A DNA stretch of 60,321 nucleotides, filler included, from Sphacelaria rigidula (lineage: Eukaryota): the NCBI GenBank assembly GCA_964200075.2. It is 9 parts of 9 records of this genome, joined end to end, with 100 filler letters (N's around TTAATTAATTAA, not from the genome) between each part and the next. Parts side by side here need not be neighbours in the genome. Positions count along the whole stretch, not along the records: positions 46,997 to 53,609 come from CAXNAA020019063.1; positions 53,710 to 60,321 come from CAXNAA020019064.1; 7 more parts are not named here. One strand, written 5' to 3'. The number at the start of each line of letters is the position of its first letter. Position 1 is the first letter of the stretch. The position numbers and the translations under genes were made by a program. Under the pieces are notes generated by a model, which ran no database searches, was not told the origin of the DNA, and saw nothing but the letters and a program-made list of their open reading frames with translations. This document shows positions 49,995 to 60,321 of the stretch, one piece after another.

Positions 49995-50350
49995 GTATAT
50001 TAAGCAGCACACAGGCTACACCGGGGAGGAGGTCCGCCAGCTTGCTGTTTTCCCCTTCGTGATCCCCGAGGTCATGGCGGGCCTTTTGTCCGAGAAGGAT
50101 AACTTTTTGGTCGCGGCCTCGGGCGCGCTCTCAAGTTACGGTTTGCTGTCGTTTGGGGACGATAACAAAACAAGGCTTCCCACTTGGTATCTCGTGGCGA
50201 TGGATACCGTACTTATTCAGCCATTGTCCGCGTTTATCGAGCGAGTGTTTTCCATTTTGAGGGAGGGAGTGTTTGGACTCCCGCCAAGAGAGGGCGTTGG
50301 GTGACCGGATCGAAGCCGCGGTTATGCTCAAGTACAATCGGAGCCGGAAG
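49995..50350 (+). pseudogene. hAT transposase C-terminal dimerisation domain remnant
   Basis: LPTWYLVAMDTVLIQPLSAFIERVFSIL, then after a frameshift CLDSRQERALGDRIEAAVMLKYN. This matches the hATC P.SSA..ER.FS pattern. Confidence 0.8.
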
Positions 50351-50414
50351 TTTGACACGATTGCAAATGTCGACTGATGGTAGATGATGGGGGGGGCGGG
50401 GGCGATAGCTTGTA

Positions 50415-51350
50415 CAGTGGTGGACTCTCAGTAGTGCCGGTATGTGCCCACCACGGACACCGGCACTACTCAGAGAGCCCGGCACTACTCTGAAAAGTGC
50501 CAAAACAGGTGCAATTGAGGGCTCTGGATACCTCAGTAGTGCCGGTTCTGGCACTGCTGACGACCATCCGTACGTACAGTGCTACGCTTGCCCTTTGTGG
50601 GACCACCGGAAGCACAAAACGGACGAGGACCTTTGTTTCAAGGGGTTTCGATAGGATACGTCACGTAAGGTTTCGGGGTAGCAGAACTAAACCCGATGTT
50701 TATTTGTTCTTCACATTCAACTTGAATGATCCTGTTCACAGGTTGATCATTTCCTTCCCCACTAGCACAACAGCAGCAGTACGGCCACAAAAGTTGCTCA
50801 TGCCGAAAGACCTTCCCGACAAGAAAAACAAGGACACACCTGCACCCAATACAACTATGAAGGTGCGGCATCTGGTGTGGAAAAAAACTCACGAAAGAGT
50901 ACACCGCCCACCAAAAGGAGTGAGCGAGAAAGAATGAACCACACCCCTTTTCACTTCCTACCGGCTACCGAGACAAGGAGAGAGAGAAACAAACGACCTC
51001 GAAAAAGAAACACACCGATGCAGCAAACTAGACACGACTCCTCCCGTGGCTGTGCTCGGGCGTAGATGCTACGGGCTACCCGATAGAAAACAACATCAGT
51101 AAAGCAACCACCAGCACGTACCCTGCTGTACCCCTACTGGTGCTTGGTTGGTGGGGGGTAAGGCGTGCGTGAGTGTGTCCGGAACCGGCACTGTTGGGGG
51201 TAAAAAGCCGTTTAAGCCGGCACCACTGAGGGTCATCTGTCAGTAGTGCCGGACGGCACTACTGCGAGCTCTGTCTGTGCCCGGAGATTTTACCAGCATT
51301 ATATAGGTTGTTGGCACTATTCAACCGGCACTACTGAGAGCCTTCTACTG
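50415..51350. mobile_element. 936-bp non-autonomous Tc1/mariner (pogo-like) element
   Basis: TA|CAGTGGTGGACTCTCAGTAGTGCCGGT ... ACCGGCACTACTGAGAGCCTTCTACTG|TA. The CAGTAGTGCCGG motif is reiterated subterminally in both orientations. Confidence 0.75.
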
Positions 51351-54109
51351 TAGCTTGAAGCTTGCCGGGCGAGGAGCCAAAAGCTGCAGTACCCTGTGTC
51401 CAGAGGCTGCAATGCATCATATATCATGAGTGTACGTATATTAGTGCGGATACGTTTTTCGACAGGTGGTTGGGGGTGGCATTCAAATTCAATGATGAAA
51501 GAAACCTCCTAGTTTTGAATTAAAAACAAGTTTCAAAACTTCGAATACCCAAATTGTCGTCTTCCCCTCATGCTAGAAGGCGCGCCTCGTGAGGGGATAC
51601 TGCCACAACGCCACAACAAGGATGCAAAGAGGTCGCATAAAGTACGCATATTTTCGCTGAAAAAAGCTTCAAATGGGGCATGAAACAAGGGGGCAAAGCC
51701 TATGTATATTTTTTTTAAACGGGGCCTAGTTTTTGTTTTAAACGGGCTTACGGAGCTAATGCCTGAAGGTACACGGACAGGTCGACAAGTCTCCTAGAGC
51801 GGTATAGCCGACACCCGAGGAACCTTCCTCGTGGCTAGAAGTTTCCTACGGACAAGACCCGTAGGTCTGGTTCTACTTAGAACCATGAGTCATGTTGGTT
51901 TCGCATAGCTGGGACCCACAGAGGCTGGTAATTTTTCTAGGAGCCGTACCCTTCCCCCCCTCCCCCCTTGCCCTCTCCTCCCTCCGACTTTTTCGAGAAA
52001 ATTCCGGATTTCCAACATTCATTCCCAGCCCACATGCGGCTGTTTCGCTGCCGTTTCAAGCCAAGTACGGATTCCTCAGTCCAGGTAGCGCACAAGCATA
52101 ATACGGCACACATGTAAAAAGTTTCCACAGTTGTTTGCGCGCTACATATGGATTTCTCACGGTCTACGCAAGTGTCTCCGGCGCAACTCTCTCCTCCATT
52201 CTGGATAGAGAGTTAACTTTATAAGAGTCGGACGAAAAATTATTCGTCTGGAAATGACTGGCCTTCATTATAGTGTCATCCATTCGTACCGTATAAAATA
52301 ATCGTTAGGCCTTGTTTTCAGCGTGGCACCCCAGGTTTGCGCCCCTCACGCATGCAGAATAGCGCAACATTTGCGTAGAAATGTTCTTGACCCGTGGTCA
52401 ACTTTTTTCTCTTTGTCGAGCAATCAGATCTCAGAAATGGTAGATTTGGTGACTGGAACCAGCGATGATTCATCCGACCGTTGGAAAGTTAGTACAACTG
52501 CGATATGGCGGAGAACAAAAGAGTAGCATAGGTAGTACCGTAATTGTGCGATGACTCGCATAATTACGGGTAGTACCCCCACTTCCCTCCGCCCCCTTTT
52601 TTCCCGATATGGGGGTTTCCGGGGTATGGCCCGCGGGGTATATTGTGCAAGGGTACGTCGTATATGACCCCCCTTGGGCCGTGTCTTGTTGAAACAAGGA
52701 GAAGCAATAAACGAAACAAGCGTCCAAAGCTGTACGTTGATTGGTCGCCGGGCGAGTCTGCGGTTGCGGTGGCCAATCGACATGCTACTTTTGGACGCTT
52801 GTTTCGTTCTTCGCTTCTTTTTTTTTGTCCAGGTGAGACACGCACGGCCTTACGCCCTAAATATGCTACCCCTGAGTGATGATTTTTCGCTTCCCAGCAC
52901 CTACCCGCTAGTGCGAGAAAGGTCCGAAGTGGGCGCACACGCAAACAGTAGTAACGTGGGAACAAATTGATGTCTCTTCAGTCAAGAGTACAGTATATAT
53001 ACGTTTATATTCAACAACTCCCACATATGCCAGTGCGGGCGTGTGACTTGAATTTTGATGTATCGTGAAAAATGCTACTTCCTGCAGTAAAAACAAACCC
53101 TCAAAATTATTTGCACTCAAACTTTATTCGTAAATGTATGTATATATATATAAACACGTAAATAAGGACCCTCACCGGCCTGTCGGCCGACTGCGGTCCC
53201 TTTATTTGCGTATTGCTAAGCGTCTTTCCTCCTTGTCGGTCCCTCATTATTTTCTTGTTTTATTAGCTCGTTATAGACAGCCAAGCCCTCGTGCTAGAAA
53301 AGCGACTCGGGTGGGGGCTTTTTCTCTCCTGTTCACTTGACATAATTCTTACTGTTTTCTCGTTTTATTTTTTTATTTCATGTATAGATATATGTATCGA
53401 ACTTGTCTGCGGTTTCTTTCTTGAAAGTTACCATTAAAATGGAGGGGGGAAGGGGGGGGGGGGAAGGCATGATGTCTCGCTGTATATTTCGACTTATCTT
53501 AACCCTTTTGGGACTGGGCCTCCAGAACGACCAATGAGGCTGGTCAGAATGAGGTGTCTGGCGTCTGGACGAAACAGTAGCGTGTTGCTGAAAATCCGCG
53601 TATGTAACCNNNNNNNNNNNNNNNNNNNNNNNNNNNNNNNNNNNNNNNNNNNNTTAATTAATTAANNNNNNNNNNNNNNNNNNNNNNNNNNNNNNNNNNN
53701 NNNNNNNNNAGCCCTGTGTACAGGGCAGGTGTGGGGGGGGGGGGCGTACGCATTTGTTGCTTGCCTTAGTCATTTGACCATTGACCACGCATCCCTTTCG
53801 AGACGGAGAGGGCAGGTGTGGGGGGGGGGAACATTTTTCCAAAATGCCAGCCACCCCGAATGCCAACTGGCACAACCGTAGGTCCCTGCCCGCCAACCTC
53901 GAGGACAGCCTTGAGTACCCACTCTCATGCTATGTATTACATGATGAATAATAGGTCTAACACATACAGACGGGACAACGTTGAGAACGTCTGTGGTTCT
54001 TGTGTCCCCCCCCCCCCTCTTCTTTTCGAAATGGAAAGGGTCAAGAGCGAAAAAACTCTCTCTGCCGAAAGCGAGATTACGCTAGAATGATCCTGGCAAT
54101 TGCACGTAC

Positions 54110-54570
54110 TTCTAATCGTGGCAAGACTTTGGGCCCATCATCAGATATTTCTTCTCGTGGATGAGGCACGATATAGTTATATATATTGCGACCGAGGAAT
54201 AAGACATGTCTTCCCGTGGATGAGGCATTATACATATGTATACATGAAGAGGCCCTAGACATCTCTTTTCACGCATGAGGCATTACATATTTTCTCTTGG
54301 AGGAGGCAACACACATTTTGTCTCGTGGATGAGGCAACAGATTTCTTCTCGCGAAAGAGGCATTAGGCATCTCTTTTCGCGCATGAGGCATTACATCTCT
54401 TCCCGTGGAGGAGGCATCAGATATTTCGTCTCGTAGATGAGGCAACATAGCTCTTCTCGCTAAAGAGTCATTAGACATCTCTTTTCACGCATGAGGCATT
54501 ACATCTCTTCTCGTGGAGGAGGCATCAGATATTTCGTCTCGTGGATGAGGCAACTCACCGAGTGGAGGCA
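54110..54570. repeat. ~27-bp minisatellite with a 108-bp higher-order period
   Basis: GAGGCA core roughly every 27 bp. AG(A/G)CATCTCTTTTC recurs at 54257, 54365 and 54473. Confidence 0.85.
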
Positions 54571-55339
54571 GTGATCATATCTCTACACGATGACACCCTT
54601 CGAAAGCAAAGGGTGGGCGGGTAGGGAAACGATGCGATTCCTCTCCGACTGCTCACAGCGCAAAGTACGTGTTCCGGGTGTACCACCTTCAACACTCGAG
54701 CTGCCTGCAATCGAACAGTAAGATGACTGGATGTTCAGGCCGCCGTTCTGCACGCCTGCTACTACGTCTGCCTATCTCTCTCCCAACGTGTTGAATTGCA
54801 ATCGCTTCTATGCTCGATATCAGCTATACAGACGTCCTGAGCCCTGATCCGTTCTGTTTCTGTTCGGTGCTCGTCATTTCACATGTATCATGATTCATGT
54901 GTGATTCAATTAAATTCAATGATGCGATTGGAAATTATTCCGCTCCCACGAAACACATATTCCCTTTATTGTGAAAATCGTTTTTGACACGCACGCGGCC
55001 GCCATTCGTCTGATACAGAACGAACTTCCGTCAAACAAAGACTGCCGCGTGTAGACTAGCAAGGGCTAGCAGTGAAACAAATGCGCGTGAGTGATGGGTG
55101 TCTGTGCGTGTTTTTCCAGGGCTGGGTCTGTATGTGTTGTGTTGCCTTGTTGCATCTTGTCTGCAGCATTACACAGACCNNNNNNNNNNCTTCCAGACCC
55201 GCCGCATTTCTCAACCTGCGTGCAGATCTGGGTTCCAATCTGTAAAAAACTGCTTGTCGATAGGACCGGGACTGGTCGTTATGGGGCCAATCCCCTGTCA
55301 AAAGGGGATTGTGAAAAAGGGGATAATCCCCTTCGTTAA

Positions 55340-55665
55340 AAAGGGCCCTGATGGTTGGGTCGTGTGTTCGAATGTCGGAGCGATCTTGGATTTTTTCTCG
55401 CACAACGCCCACCAGTGGAGAGCGACTATGTCGTGGGTACACAAAATTCGATTTAGTGGTCGACGAGGGAAAGGGATTGCGAAGCCCCTCTCGCGATAAA
55501 AAGTAAAGGCAAGCACCGCCGAAGGAAGGTGGCGGAGTACTAAAAACAAACGAAAACAAAGAACTCCTGTGTTGGCCTTCCTTCTGTGTGACCACGGCTG
55601 GTGCGCCCACGTACACTGGAAGGCGTAGACCGGCGTCCAGAAATAGATGGGACGACAACAACTGG
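55340..55665 (+). mobile_element. tRNA-derived SINE, near full length
   Basis: B-box-like GTTCGAAT; body shared with 20143-20335; 3' region shared with 13429-13520; ends in ACAACAAC. Confidence 0.75.
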
Positions 55666-56884
55666 GAATCAAACCCGCGTATTTTCCCTTCTAGCAGTGC
55701 CAGTAGTACGATTAGACCATCGGGGTGCGGTACTTTCACTGTTCGAGTAATCCCATGATACGCGGGAAGGTGTTTGATTTGAAAGAAAAACAGTGCCAAA
55801 TATTGGTGAGTCAGACGACCCAACACACTCGTAGTGCGCGTGTAATCGGGTGACGACGGTGTCAAGCGGCATGAACTGGTGTATCTTCTTGGTACTAAGC
55901 GCGTCCGAACAAATGCTGCTTTTAACGACATGTGGTGGCATTTTGGTGGAAGAAATGACCCGAAATATCCCCCCCATCGTAGGAGAACACGTTTAGCCAA
56001 ATTTCTCTTCTGTTATCCTTCGCGGCTGTAAAAGAGACCAATAGAGGGCTTTTCTTCGTGGGGAATTTCGCAGTGTTCCTTCTCTCTGGCGTGGGCTGAG
56101 GACGCGTCCGTCGCACGTATCCGTTGGAATAATTGTCGAGGTATAACATGGTACGGTGCAGTATCGCGGGTGCTCTAGACATAACAATACGGCTGTAGAG
56201 TTAGGCGTGTCTCGGAGCCAGCACGCGAGTCTTTTGCCTGATGTCATATACGACTTTCCCCGGCAAACGGTAGATGCAGGTACATCTAGGCATATCTCCG
56301 CACAATTCAGGTACGAAGTGTACGGGTAGCACAGGCCGGTCGGATTTCCAGCCATGTGCTTGACCGAAGCCCGCCGCCTGCCTGTTTCTGACGGGAAACG
56401 CGACAAGCACACCTGAAGTTTTTGGTCATTTCTCCAGAACTTACACCTGAATTTTGGAAAGTATCTAAATCTGGCGAATTGAGACGGGATGAACTGCCGT
56501 GTTCCAGCCCTTCCAACAGTGACGTAAGAACGATGACCGTACACTTTCGAGCTCTTCCCACAAGGTATAATAATCCAAACGTGAAACGTGTGTTCCGATT
56601 CCCGAAGGGAGTCCGACCCTTGGGTGCGGAGGTTCGGCTACGCAGTTTTACACCCGATGAATAACCCATCCATGCAGGGACAAACAGAATCGCGCTCAAC
56701 AAGTGCCACCACGTATAGTGATGCATCCGAACGCCCTACAAGAGCCGCTCACGCAAAAACCTCACCACTGATGGGAACCCATCGAGGCGGGAAAGCAGAC
56801 CGTAAAATTGCAGGGGTCAAAGAAGTCCAACTGCGGGAACTTGGGGCTGGACTCTTACCCGCAATGTCATCATTCTTCGAATAT

Positions 56885-57125
56885 CGCCGTAGGAGTCGGC
56901 TTCTAGTTGTCGCCATTCCCCGAATTTAGCCGTAGGAGTCGAGCGTCAGTCGTCGCCATTTTTCAAATGCAGTCGTAGGAGTCGATTGTGAGTCATCGCA
57001 ATTACTCGAGTTCAGTCGTAGGAGTCGATTCCTCAATCGTGGCCATTTCTCGAATTTCGTCGTACTAGTCGACTATTAGTCCTCATCATTTTCCGAATTT
57101 CGTCGAAGGAGTCAACTATTTGTCG
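56885..57125. repeat. 43-bp tandem repeat, about 6 diverged units
   Basis: CGTAGGAGTCG-like core at 56888, 56931, 56974, 57017, 57061 and 57104. Confidence 0.85.
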
Positions 57126-57888
57126 TTCCTCGTTTCGCAAAGTCAATTACATGGCTCTAGTTCCAGTAGTGCCTTGCTACTACTGTAGTGTGCGAAACAA
57201 GTATTACTTGAACCACATGTATTTTGTAACTTTAGTTTCGCAAAATAAAAAAACGTGCGAAAGACCCCATGTTGATTCTATAAGAACATGAATCCATTTT
57301 ACTTGTCCACGCATCTCCACATTCCTGTTGTTGAGTGACGCGGGTACCTCTGAGTAAACGGCGAGTACCCCATTTCCGTTTGAGAACGCGCGTGCAGTAC
57401 GGTTATTGCAATATGACACTCTCAACACATGTGCCGACTGTCTTACAATCAGTTCAATACATGAACTGACTGTCTTACGGTACAGTGCAGTAGTAGTCCG
57501 TCAACTACTGACAGTGGAGACGACACCTTATGGTGTACTCTTATTACAGTGTCCCGTGTGTGCGCCACTGCCTGATGTACTGCAACGCACTGTGCGTATG
57601 GTCTGCGTACGGGCGTATGCGTATGCATGTTGTACTCTTGCTGTACAAGCCCCTGTCATCGACGAGGTCAAGACTTTTGTGTGCAGGTTGTCAATCAAGT
57701 AACGAGAAAACCGTAGGCCAATGCCGTTGGAAGGTTAAGCAGGCCGAAACGCACGCGGGCGTACACCTACTATTCCGTTCATGTCGACGACAATGAGCGT
57801 CGCGTTGGCTGGATATGATTCTCTGATGCGCACGTTTGTCCTGCATGCTTCTTTCGTCACCTCTTACGCTTCACTGATCCATACTTAG

Positions 57889-60166
57889 GCTATTGGCTTG
57901 AGGAGGCCGCGGCTCCATACTGTATTTTTACCGATGCGGGTCACGATGTGGACATTGCTTCCCCCGCGGGTGGCACGCCTCCGTGCGACAAGGGATCTCT
58001 GGTATGTGTGCTTCGACCGGGAAGCGAGGTTTGCTTTGGCTAGTTCGAAATTTCCAAACGTGATGAGGGTAGGGCACGGGTACTGATACGGCTCTGTATT
58101 TCAGTGCTTCGGCAAAATAGGGTACTCGAAGTCTGGAACACTCTGAAAATATCATGTACTGTAGGGTGCGGTACCCATAGGTAACCTTCACTTGACTGTG
58201 GGCGTTGGAGACCCCGGTATAGATGAGGAAGTCGAGCCTACCGCAGACTGATGACGACAGTATTCGCCGCGAGGCTATTTAGTATAGAGTCTCAACGTGA
58301 ACCGCATTTTTCCAATTGTGCTTCAGCTTGAGTGCTTCGACCAAGGCACGATTCGGAATCTTGTGCAGCCTAAGTTCCCTCACCCAGTCGTGCCACCTCG
58401 GTAGCATGAGGTTATTTTGACTCGCTCAGGAATACAAAGAGTAGCCACGTATCATTGCTTCGAACGCGCTACCTGGGCGATACACAAGGGCAAGCTTATT
58501 AATTCACCATAACAGGAAGGCGCTAGGACGCGGCAATGATGCAAGTTTTTGAACGATCGGGGTTTGACTTTCCTCCAGGCGGACGATTACTTGACGGATC
58601 ACACTCGCCGCTTCAGCGCGGATGAAGCTGCACAGGCCAAGCTAAAGTCCTCGATGAAGCTTTCCGATGTCGACCCAAGCTCTTACCGCGCGGTGTTTTG
58701 CTCCGGAGGCCACGGAACCTGCGTCGACTTTGACGACAACCCGGACGTGCAGGGTGTGCTAGAGAAGGTCAGTCGAACGGCTACAACATGAGTGACTTTC
58801 GGGAGAGAGGATGCGAGACATGTTGGTTGTGTGTGGGCGGACCTGATGATTTTGTTCTACTCACCAAGTGCGGACCTGATACTCTTCCAGCACCAAAACG
58901 TCGAGATTAGAGACCACGAACACGATTGTTCCGTGAACTTACTTTTCCCCAGTTTTTTGCCGGGGAAAATATTGGAAATGCGTGCTTTTTGGGCATAGCA
59001 CATGTTGAGTCAAGTCGGTGTGTTTCAGGTGCCGCGCGATTTGCTTGCTGCATCCCATGTTGTCAAGCCCAATTCGAGCAGTTTTCCATCGAACTGTCTC
59101 TGCTGCGAAGCCGCAATTCTGCTTCCTTTCTCGCTTGCATGTCGTCATTTCCTACCCCAAAGTGTGGTCACGTGTTCCCGTCGCCCATGAAAAAATATTC
59201 GAACATCTTTCGAGGCCCGGGTCCCGAAGAGGACAGCAACCGCATTTTTTGGTACTGCAGCTTGTAACGTTGCACAGAATCCCCGCCTAGCCACACACTA
59301 TGGGTACATGAGTATCGTGCGATGTGCAAGAAATGTTGCGGTTTCCTCTACCCCCCGCCCGCCCCCCAGCAGACAACAGCACGCTTCCCAGACACAGATA
59401 CCCATAATCTAGTACACAATCGGCACATCGATATCACACAACACGTGAGGAATGAAAGTGGGGTGCACGTGCCATGTATGCTCCTTATTCTATGATACAC
59501 ACCATCCCCGGCTTTTTGTACGGCACTCTCCGTACCTCACCGTAGTACTGTAATGCGCATCATGCGGAGAGTAAGTGTGTCCATCCCTTCCTTGTTTTCT
59601 GCGCAGGTCGTGCACAGTACAACGTTCTGCTCGTATAATGTTCATAACATCAGATTGTAGCAGAGTCTGTACTGGTTGATATAAACGATATGCTGCCGTG
59701 TGTGTCACCTTGCACAAAGTCCCGGCCTAGCGCCAGCGCCGCTTTGTTACTGCTCTGTGTTGAATATATATGACGGTACAGTACAACAATCGATACTGAA
59801 CTGCCACCCGCGAAAAATTATCGGGAAGTGTAAACTGCGGAAGAACAGATGGTCACGTAGCCGCTTTCATGGCTTTCTACAAAAACTATCCGAAAGCTGC
59901 TGCACAAGCTAGCAGTTTGATTATCCTCTGCCGTGCTACTCAAACGGTAGTAGTGAAACCAGTCAGATGCTTTGTTGCCTCGTTGCGATGATATCGATGC
60001 TCTCATGCTAAGCGATTACGTTGTGCTTCAGGTGCACGTGAATGGCGGTGTCGTTTCGGCGGTCTGCCACGGTCCGACGTGCTTCGTCGGCGCTAAGTCC
60101 CCGGATGGTACGCCGTTTGTCTCCGGCAAGAAGATTACAGGATTCACTGACGCGGAGGAGGATCAG
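57889..60166 (+). CDS. DJ-1/PfpI family protein, Hsp31/glyoxalase III-like; 3 internal exons
   Basis: Exons 57889-58001 ([29 protein letters not shown]), 58579-58767 ([16 protein letters not shown]) and 60032-60166 (VSAVCHGP...[12 protein letters not shown]). Phases are consistent and the catalytic Glu and Cys-His are present. First and last exons were not located. Confidence 0.92.
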
Positions 60167-60240
60167 GTGCATGGGGGTAGATTTAGACTGTCGAAGTCGA
60201 TGATCTTGTTTTGTTGGCGTGATCTGATTCGTGCGCTCAT

Positions 60241-60321
60241 GACACTTTCTACGATAGCCCCCCCCCAGAAAGTGCATGGTTTTGGGAGGCCAAATCTTCA
60301 CGTAAATCGAAATGGGAAAAG
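60241..60321. mobile_element. Left end of a GACAC-type MITE in an intron of the DJ-1/PfpI gene
   Basis: GACACTTTCTACGATAGCCCC...AAATCTTCACGTAAATCGAAATGG aligns with 4239-4320. Confidence 0.8.

Noticed and set aside
6615..53709. Regularly spaced TTAATTAATTAA motif and ORFs ending in X...LIN
   Set aside because: Synthetic linker embedded in N runs; not biological.
56885..57125. CRISPR-like repeat-spacer appearance
   Set aside because: The core is only about 11 bp, the intervening parts are homologous to each other, no cas genes are present and the context is eukaryotic.
28619..60166. Functional cluster of DRC2, GT23 and DJ-1/PfpI
   Set aside because: The three genes lie on different, artificially joined contigs.

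Overview
This is not one contiguous locus. It is nine unlinked eukaryotic contigs of 6612-6614 bp, sorted by decreasing length and joined by an artificial 100-bp spacer (44 N + TTAATTAATTAA + 44 N). Short exons, introns of about 0.3-1.3 kb with GT-AG sites, a flagellar gene, a GT23 of brown-algal type and the repeat content point to a brown alga (Phaeophyceae); this is an inference. Three spliced genes can be reconstructed with consistent intron phases. (1) The flagellar nexin-dynein regulatory complex subunit DRC2/CCDC65, apparently fused in frame behind a diverged ubiquitin-like domain ending in RLKGG (28619-32756, +); this is the most interesting observation. (2) A GT23 (FUT8/NodZ-like) fucosyltransferase whose GDP-fucose-binding motif is degenerate (36233-39129, -). 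(3) A DJ-1/PfpI Hsp31-type glyoxalase (57889-60166, +). Most of the rest is transposon-derived: a decayed Copia with LTR and PBS, a Gypsy chromodomain end, LINE and hAT remnants, tRNA-derived SINEs, piggyBac-like, pogo-like and abundant Sola2-like MITEs, fold-back elements and minisatellites.
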